Made by a program: the position numbers and the translations under genes | The notes under the pieces: model-generated | Seen by the model: the letters and a program-made list of their open reading frames with translations, nothing else | Told to the model about the DNA's origin: nothing | Database searches by the model: none | Shown here: in pieces, positions 53,201 through 64,000 of the stretch | Position numbering within the stretch: position 1 is the first letter of the stretch | Layout: the number at the start of each line of letters is the position of its first letter | Assembly (NCBI GenBank): GCA_964016885.1 | Contig: OZ024740.1 | Coordinates: 25,296,001-25,360,000, forward strand | From: Eledone cirrhosa | Lineage: Eukaryota | Reading direction: 5' to 3' | Length of the DNA stretch: 64,000 nucleotides

Positions 53201-56200
53201 CCTCTACCATCAACACTACCTCCGCCGTCAATACTACCTTCAACATCAACACCACCTCCACCATCAACACCACTTCCACCAACAATACCAGCTCCACCGT
53301 CAACACCACCTCCAACATCAACACCCCCTGCAACATCAACACTACCTCCAACATGAACACTACCTCCACCGTCAACACTACCTCCACCATCAACACTCCT
53401 TCCACCATCAACACTACCTCCAAAGTCAACACTACTTCCAACATCAACACTACCTCCACCACCAACACTACCTCCACATCAACACCACGTCCACCATCAA
53501 CACCACCTCCACCATCAACACTACGTCCACATCACCACTACCTCCACCATCACCATCACCTGCACCATCAACACTACATCCACCATCAACACTACCTCCA
53601 CCATCAACACCACCTCCACCATCAAAACTACCTCCACAGTCAATAATACCTCCACCATCAACACTACCTCCACAGTCAACACTACCTCCACATCAACACT
53701 ACCTCCACCATCAACACTACCTCCACCATCAACACCACCTACACCATCAACACTACCTCCACCGTCAACACTACATCCAACATCAACACCACTTCCATAT
53801 CAACATCACCCCCACCATCAACCACATCACCACTATCAACACTACCTCCACATCAACACTACCTTCAAAATCAACACCACCTCCACCATCAACACTACTT
53901 CCACATCATAACCACCTCCACCATCAACACTACTTCCACATCAAAACCACGTGCACCACCAACACCCCCTCCACCATCAACACCACCTCCACTACCAACA
54001 TGACCTCCACAATCAACACCTCCACCAACATGTACTCCACATCCACCACCACCAACACCTCCAAAATCAACACCACCTCCACCACCAACACCACCTCCAC
54101 ATCAACACTACCTCCAGATCAACACTACCTCCACCATGAACACCACCTCCAACATCAACTCCACTTCCATTATCAACACTACCTCCACATCAACACCACC
54201 TCTACCAACACACAACCACCACCATCAACACTACCTCCACATCAACACCACCTCCACCATCAACACTACATCCACCACCAAAACTACTTCCACCATCAAC
54301 ACTACCTCCACCATCTACACCACCTCCATCATCAACACCACCTCCACCATCAACACTACCTCCACCATCGTCACCACCTCCACCATCGTCACCACCTCCA
54401 CCATCAACACCACCTCCACCATCAACACTACCTCCACCGTCAACACTACTTCCACCATCAACAATACATCCCCCACCAACGCCACCTCCACCATCAACAC
54501 TACCTCCACCGTGAAGACCACAATCAACATCACCTCCACCATCAACACTACCTCCACTATCATCACCAACTCCACCGTCAACACTTCCTCCACCATCAAC
54601 ACCACCTCCACCACCAATAACACCTCCACAATCAACACTACATCCAACATCAACATCATCTCCACAATCAACACCATGTCCAACATCAACACCACCTCCA
54701 ACATCAACAATACCTCCACCGTCAACACTACCACCAACATCAACACCACCTCCACCATAAACACTACTTCCACATCAACCCTACCTCCACATCAACACTA
54801 CGTCCACATCAACACTACCTCCATCATCAACATCACCTCCATCATCAACACTACCTCCACCTTAAAACCACTTCCACCACCAACACCACCTCCACCATCA
54901 ACACTACTTCCACTACTAGCAACACGTCCAAAATCAACACCTCCTCCACCATCAACACTACCTCCACATCAACACTACCTCAACCATCAACACCACCTCC
55001 ACCATCAACATTACCTCCACCATCAACATCACCTCTACCATAAAAAAACTACATCCGCCGTCAATACTAGCTTCAACATCAACACCACCTCCACCATCAA
55101 CACCACTTCCACCAACAACACCAGCTCCACCGTCAACACCACCTCCAACATCAGCACCCCCTGCAACATCAACACTACCTCCAACATGAACACTACCTCC
55201 ACCGTCAACACTACCTCCACCATCAACACTCCTTCCACCATCAACACTACCTCAACCATCAACACCACCTCCACCATCAACATTACCTCCACCATCAACA
55301 CCACCTCTACCATCAACACTAGCTCCGCCGTCAATACTACCTTCAACATCAACACCACCTCCACCATCAACACCACTTCCACCAACAACACCAGCTCCAC
55401 CGTCAACACCACCTCCAACATGAACACTACCTCCACCGTCAACACTACCTCCACCATCAACACTCCTTCCACCATCAACACTACCTCCAAAGTCAACACT
55501 ACTTCAAACATCAACACTACCTCCACCAACAACACTACCTCAACATCAACACCACGTCCACCATCAACACCACCTCCACCATCAACACTACGTCCACATC
55601 ACCACTACCTCCACTATCACCACCACCTGCACCATCAACACTACATCCACCATCAACACTACCTCCACCATCAACACCACCTCCACCATCAAAACTACCT
55701 CCACAGTCAACAATACCTCCACCATCAACACTACCTCCACATCAACACTACTTCCACCATCAACACCACCTACACCATCAACACTACCTCCACCGTCAAC
55801 ACTACCTCCAACATCAACACTACCTCCATATCAACATCACCCCCACCATCAACCACATCACCACTATCAACACTACCTCCACATCAACACTACCTCCAAA
55901 ATCAACACCACCTCCACCATCAACACTACTTCCACATCATAACCACCTCCACCATCAACACTACTTCCACATCAAAACCGCCTGCACCACCAACACCCCC
56001 TCCACCATCAACACCACCTCCACTACCAACATGACCTCCACTATCAACACCTCCATCAACATGTACTCCACATCCACCACCACCAACACCTCCAAAATCA
56101 ACATCACCTCCACCATCACCACTACCTCCACCATCAACACTACCTCCACATCAACACTACCTCCACCATCAACACCACCTCCACCACCAACACTACCTCC

Positions 56201-59200
56201 ACCATCAACACCACCTTCACATCAACACTACCTCCACCATCAACAGTACCTCCACCATCAACATTAGCTCCACCATCAACACCAACTCCACCATCAAAAC
56301 TACTTCCACCATCAACACTACCTCCACCATCAACACAACCTCCACCATCAACACTACCTCCACCATCAACACCACCTCCATCATCAACCTTACCTCCACA
56401 GTCAACACTACCTCCACCATCAACGCTACCTCCACATCAACACTACCTCCACCATCAACACTACATCCACCATCAACACTACCTCCACCATCAATACTAC
56501 CTCCAAATCAACACTACCTCCACCATCAACACCACCTACACCATCAACACTACCTCCAACATCAACACCAACTCCATCATCAACACTACCTCCACATCAA
56601 CACGACCTCTACCATCAACACCACCTCCACTATCAACGCTACCTCCACCATCAACACCACCTCCAACATCAACACTACCTCCACCATCAACAATACCTCC
56701 ACCATCAACATTAGCTCCACCATCAACACTACCTCCACATCAACACCACCTCCACCACCAACACCACTCCACCATCAACTCCACTTCCATCATCAACACT
56801 ACCTCCACATCAACACCACCTCTACCAACACAAAACCATCACCTTCAACACTACATCCACATCAACACTACTTCCATCATCAACACTACATACACCACCA
56901 AAACTATTTCCACCATCAACACTACCTCCACCATCTACACCACCTCCATCATCAACACCACCTCCACCATCAACACTACCTCCATCAACAACACCACCTC
57001 CACCATCAACACTACCTCCACCATCGTCGCCACCTCCACCATCAACACCACCTCCACCATCAACACTACCTCCACCGTCAAAACTACTTCCACCATCAAC
57101 AATACATCCCCCACCAACGCCACCTCCACCATCAACACTACCTCCACCGTCAAGACCACAATCAACATCACCTCCACCATCAACACTACCTCCACTATCA
57201 CCACCAACTCCACCGTCAACACTTCCACCACCATCAACACCACCCCCAGCATCAACACCACCTCCACCACCAACAACACCTCCACAATCAACACTACATC
57301 CAACATCAACATCATCTCCACAATCAACACCATGCCCAACATCAACACCACCTCCCACATCAACAATACCTCCACCGTCAACACTACCACCAACATCAAC
57401 ACCACCTCCACCATAAACACTACCTCCACATCAACACTACCTCCACATCAACACTACCTCCACATCAACACTACCTCCAACATTAACACCACCTTCCCCA
57501 TCAACACTACCTACACATCAACACTACCTCCATCATCAACACTACCTCCACCTTAAAACCACCTCCACCACCAACACCACCTCCACCATCAACACCACTT
57601 CAACTACTAGCAACACGTCCAAAATCAACACCTCCTCCACAATCAACACTATCTCCACCATCAACACTACCTCCAGCATCAACACCAGCTACACCATCAA
57701 CACTACCTCCACATCAACACTACCTCCAGCATCAACACCAGCTCCACCATCAACACTACCTCCACATAAACACTACCTCCAGCATCAACACCAGCTCCAC
57801 CATCAACACTACCTCCACATCAACACTACCTCCAGCATCAACACCAGCTCCACCATCAACACTACCTCCACATCAACACTACCTACAACATCAACACCAC
57901 CTCCACCATCAACACTACCTCCACATCAACATCACCTGCATCCTCAACAGCCCCTCCAACATCCACACCACCTCCACCACCATCAACACGTCCAAAACCA
58001 GCACCTCCTCCACCATCAACACTACCTCCACATCAACACTACCTCAACCATCAACACCACCTCCACCATCAACATTACCTCCACCATCAACACCACCTCT
58101 ACCATCAACACTACCTCCGCCGTCAATACTACCTTCAACATCAACACCACCTCCACCATCAACACCACTTCCACCAACAACACCAGCTCCACCGTCAACA
58201 CCACCTCCAACATCAACATCCCCTGCAACATCAACACTACCTCCAACATGAACACTACCTCCACCGTCTACACTACCTCCACCCTCAACACTCCTTCCAC
58301 CATCAACACTACCTCCAAAGTCAACACTACTTCCAACATCAACACTACCTCCACCACCAACACTACCTCCACATCAACACCACGTCCACCATCAACACCA
58401 CCTCCACCATCAACACTACGTCCACATCACCACTACCTCCACCATCACCACCACCTGCACCATCAACAATACATCCACCATCAACACTACCTCCACCATC
58501 AACACCACTTCCACCATCAAAACTACCTCCACAGTCAACAATACCTCCACCATCAACACTACCTCCACATCAACACTACCTCCACCATCAACACTACCTC
58601 CACATCAACACTACCTCCACCATCAACACCACCTACACCATCAACACTACCTCCACCGTCAACACTACCTCCAACATCAACACCACCTCCATATCAACAT
58701 CACCACCACTATCAACACTACCTCCACATCAACACTACCTCCAAAATCAACACCACCTTCACCATCAACACTACTTCCACATCATAACCACCTCCACCAT
58801 CAAAACTACTTCCATCATCAACACTACATCCACCATCAAAACTACTTCCACCATCAACACTACCTCCACCATCTACACCACCCCCATCATCAACACCACC
58901 TCCACCATCAAACTACCTCCACCATCGTCACCACCTCCACCATCAACACTACCTCCACCGTCAACACTACTTCCACCATCAACAATACATCCCCCACCAA
59001 CGCCACCTTCACCATCAACACTACCTCCACTATCACCACCAACTCCACCGTCAACACTTCCTCCACCATCAACACCACCCCCACCATCAACACCACCTCC
59101 ACCACCAACAACACCTCCACAATCAACACTACATCCAACATCAACATCATCTCCACAATCAACACCACCTCCAACATCAACAATACCTCCACCGTCAACA

Positions 59201-60896
59201 ATACCACCAACATCAACACCACCTCCACATCAACACTACCTCCACATCAACACTACCTCCACATCAACACTACCTCAACCATCAACACCACCTCCACCAT
59301 CAACATTACCTCCACCATCAACACCACCTCTACCATCAACACTACCTCCGCCGTCAATACTACCTTCAACATCAACACCACCTCCACCATCAACACCACT
59401 TCCACCAACAACACCAGCTCCACCGTCAACACCACCTCCAACATCAACATCCCCTGCAACATCAACACTACCTCCAACATGAACACTACCTCCACCGTCT
59501 ACACTACCTCCACCCTCAACACTCCTTCCACCATCAACACTACCTCCAAAGTCAACACTACTTCCAACATCAACACTACCTCCACCACCAACACTACCTC
59601 CACATCAACACCACGTCCACCATCAACACCACCTCCACCATCAACACTACGTCCACATCACCACTACCTCCACCATCACCACCACCTGCACCATCAACAA
59701 TACATCCACCATCAACACTACCTCCACCATCAACACCACTTCCACCATCAAAACTACCTCCACAGTCAACAATACCTCCACCATCAACACTACCTCCACA
59801 TCAACACTACCTCCACCATCAACACTACCTCCACATCAACACTACCTCCACCATCAACACCACCTACACCATCAACACTACCTCCACCGTCAACACTACC
59901 TCCAACATCAACACCACCTCCATATCAACATCACCACCACTATCAACACTACCTCCACATCAACACTACCTCCAAAATCAACACCACCTTCACCATCAAC
60001 ACTACTTCCACATCATAACCACCTCCACCATCAAAACTACTTCCATCATCAACACTACATCCACCATCAAAACTACTTCCACCATCAACACTACCTCCAC
60101 CATCTACACCACCCCCATCATCAACACCACCTCCACCATCAAACTACCTCCACCATCGTCACCACCTCCACCATCAACACCACCTCCACCATCAACACTA
60201 CCTCCACCGTCAACACTACTTCCACCATCAACAATACATCCCCCACCAACGCCACCTTCACCATCAACACTACCTCCACTATCACCACCAACTCCACCGT
60301 CAACACTTCCTCCACCATCAACACCACCCCCACCATCAACACCACCTCCACCACCAACAACACCTCCACAATCAACACTACATCCAACATCAACATCATC
60401 TCCACAATCAACACCACCTCCAACATCAACAATACCTCCACCGTCAACAATACCACCAACATCAACACCACCTCCACATCAACACTACCTCCACATCAAC
60501 ACTACCTCCACATCAACACTACCTCCATCATCAACATCACCTCCACCATCAACACTACCTCCACCTTAAAACCACCTCCACCACCAACACCACCTCCACC
60601 ATCAACACCACTTCCACTACTAGCAACACGTCCAAAATCAACACCTCCTCCACCATCAACACCACCTCCACCATAAACACTACCTCCACATCAACACCAC
60701 GTCCCCAACAAAACTACCTCCACATCAACACTACCTCCACCATCAACACCATCTCCACCATCAACCCCACCTACACTACCACCAACATCAACACTACCAC
60801 CAACATCAACACTATCTCCACCATCAACACAACATCCACCACCAACACTATCTCTACCAATAACACTACCTCCACCATCAATACCACCTCCAACAT
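41241..60896. repeat. ~19.6-kb C/A-rich satellite, 18-bp consensus ACCATCAACACYACCTCC with frequent 17-bp variant
   Basis: Continuous degenerate repeat; 17-mers (ccacatcaacactacct) shift the frame repeatedly; internal block duplications. Confidence 0.95.
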
Positions 60897-61222
60897 ATAG
60901 ATACTAACGTCTGTTACACATTTACACGCTAACGTGTGTTAAACCTATACACACTAACGTGTGTTAAACAGATACTAACATGTGTTACACATATACACGC
61001 TAACGTGTGTTAAACATATAGACACTAACGTGTGTTAAACATTTAGATACTAACATGTGTTACACATATACACACTAACGTGTGTTAAACATATACACAC
61101 TAACGTGTGTTAAACATATAGATACTAACATGTGTTACACATATACACGCTAACGTGTGTTAAACATATACACACTAACGTGTGTTAAACATATAGATAC
61201 TAACATGTGTTACACATATATA
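60897..61222. repeat. ~25-bp minisatellite (~13 units) with a 75-bp higher-order pattern
   Basis: Units acactaacgtgtgttaaacatatac, gatactaacatgtgttacacatatac and acgctaacgtgtgttaaacatata alternate. Confidence 0.9.
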
Positions 61223-61399
61223 CGCATGAAGCTTAAACACTACTTGCACACAACCTATAAACACAAGTCTCACATATATAGCATATATAGCATACATCAC
61301 TCATTCACACACATATGAATTTATGCACACAGACACATTTATGTGTATATAACTAACGGCAAGAGCTCAGCCGTCAGCCCACGATACTTTCTATTATAT

Positions 61400-61455
<56 letters not shown>

Positions 61456-61553
61456 GGAGATGAGGATTCTACTCGTTATAAACTAGCAGAGTACCCAATG
61501 CTGGATGTTGGTGTCGAAACGGCTAGAGCTCTGCCGACGAGCCCAGACTCTAA

Positions 61554-61921
<368 letters not shown>

Positions 61922-63567
61922 AGTGTGTGTGTGTGTGCGTGTGTGTGTGCGTGTGTATGTGTACTTGACAACCCAATAAATATATATCACATACATATAC
62001 ATACATATACATACATACACATATATACATACATACGTATATATACATACATACATATACATACATAGATATACATACATACATATACCTACATACATAC
62101 CAAAATACATACAAATACATACACACAAACATACATATACATACATATATATATATATACATATAGGGCCGGATCAATCTTGAAATAAATTAATCACATA
62201 CTTCGAACCACAAGATAAGTGAGGCCCCACAGCGTTTTTCCTACCCCCCCCCCCCTTTACCAATGTGAAAGAGTTGTGTTAATGAATATAATTTTTTGAA
62301 AGTTTGCATTATTTCCCGCTGCCCGAGTTATAAGTTAACATAAAGCTAAATTTGCCCACTGCTTGTGTTTTTGCACTTCAATTAGGAAGAAGGAACAAAG
62401 TCTATGACACTTTTTAGGGTCCTTGAGACTAATGGGAATCGGACGCTACCCTTAACCTGGAGACCTGACCAGAGTGATTGCAACAGGATTCATCCTGCTA
62501 AAGGCATTCCAGAACTTGTTATGGTGTGTTTTAAAACTGGTGAATTTTTAAATCTAACATATCAGCTACAGTTCAATTTGAACTCAGAACGCAATATCCA
62601 AAGAATGAAAAGTGAATTAGATTTCGAGGGTATTTGAATACAGTGTGTAGAGAACGACCAACATTCTCTAAATTAACCGCACTAGATTTTATCGAAAAGA
62701 AAGTATGCAAGGCATTTTACTCTAACCAGACCGTTTCGCCGTCGTACATGGTGATACATTAATAAATAATTCAATAAGGCTAAATAGAGATGTGGTTCCA
62801 AGCCTTGGGTTCGTCTTTGTATCCTGTCAATTAGAGAGAAAATAAAAGTGCTGATAGACGTCCATTTATTTTTTATTTTTTATTTTTGCGGGACTTCAGC
62901 CTGTCTTAATCCAGTCCTCCATAAAGAGCAAGCCATCACTACAGTTACATGAAACACCGGTTTAATGATAACACATGGGTTATTCTTTATTGCAAACTTC
63001 TTCCTAAAGACGAACCCCGGGAAAAGAAGAATGAGTAAAAAATAAGGAAAATGTACCCAATTCTATGATTTTAAGTCCAGGGTGGAGAAATTGAAGGCAA
63101 TATATTTTAAAAAAATCTGGCAAGATCCTGGGGTGTCACGAAACGGATGCTTAAACCGGTTTCATTGATATTTACTTTCTCAGAGTTTAACACAACCCAC
63201 TGGACGTAACACGAATTTGTCACAGAATTAACATCCTGCAGTTAGTGTTACAGATTTTGTTTTCCAGCAGAATGTTATGGAGCTAAGTGAAAAGCTATAG
63301 AGGGTGCTCCTGGCACACATATATATATCATAGTCTGCATTCAGAAAAATACCACCCGTCGGATTAGCATAAAGTCACTGACAGACACGATCCAACCTTT
63401 ACCATTATTACAATGGGCTCTGTTACTCAGAACTGGCTGTCCTCGTTCTATCTCCACACTGTCACACCTACCTTACTCCCCACTTCACCCAAGAATTCCG
63501 CTCTGCAATCACCACTAACCACAGTCGTTATTCCACCGAGGCATGACTCTCTGGAATTCTCTTGGTC

Positions 63568-63843
63568 AGAGCAGGATTTAATGGGGGAGGGGCAAAGGAG
63601 GCAATTGCCCTTGGCCTATACAGTGGGACCCCACCAGCGACGGCTGGGCTTTATAATTTTGTGATGGTTAGAGTTTTATAATTTAAAACATGTATGTATA
63701 ACTTTTTAATTCCAATTACTTGCACCCAGGTGTCTTTGATAGGTAAAATTGTGGGAAGAGGGCCTGTGTATTCTAATTGTTTTGTGTATGAGGGCGTCCC
63801 CAACCTGAAGTGCTCCGAGCACCCCAAGGTTATATCCAGTACT
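63568..63843. mobile_element. Old non-autonomous DNA transposon (MITE), same family as 16188-16477
   Basis: Termini cagagcaggattt ... tatatccagtact; internal similarity to 16188-16477 and 60-235. Confidence 0.6.
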
Positions 63844-64000
63844 ACTCTCTCAGCACATGTATTTCATGCTGGTATTCTGCAACAATTTAAACTGACCTTC
63901 AACAGTTAATATTAATATTAACCAAGTTTGCTGTTACTGTGCTTTTGTTTAGCTCCAAACCATCTTTTATCGAGCAGGTGTATGATGAAAAGATATTCCA

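Noticed and set aside
41073-60477. TINTTS-, STLPPP-, HQHYLH- and MVEVVL-repeat ORFs up to 632 aa
   Set aside because: Frames of the 18-bp satellite; frequent 17-bp units switch frame, which is inconsistent with one conserved protein.
41241-60896. True telomeric array
   Set aside because: No (TTAGGG)n, the repeat is degenerate, and ordinary sequence continues on both sides.

Overview
AT-rich, microsatellite-dense animal DNA with no recognisable host gene. The SINE types and (TA)n density suggest an octopus or other cephalopod (inference). Bases 1-36.6 kb are a patchwork of retroelements and DNA-transposon remnants inside (TA)n/(CA)n tracts: two Penelope-like elements (PLEs, RT plus C-terminal GIY-YIG), several solo or inverted pseudo-LTRs, Meta- and CORE-type tRNA SINEs, a deleted Tc1/mariner nested in a foldback element, and hAT-like MITEs. 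Bases 36.9-61.2 kb are one C/A-rich low-complexity domain, mostly an ~19.6 kb 18-bp satellite with a recent ~1.2 kb duplication. The most notable signal is at RNA level: about ten hammerhead ribozyme (HHR) motifs of several architectures. One ~2.8 kb non-coding tandem array (33109-35934, 654-706 bp units) carries at each unit junction all three hammerhead core strands in a non-canonical, non-circularly permuted order, making it a candidate new retrozyme-like element. A second family of short elements carries palindromes built from two inverted half-hammerheads. Nearly all ORFs in the track are microsatellite or satellite artefacts. All RNA structures were folded by eye and are untested.
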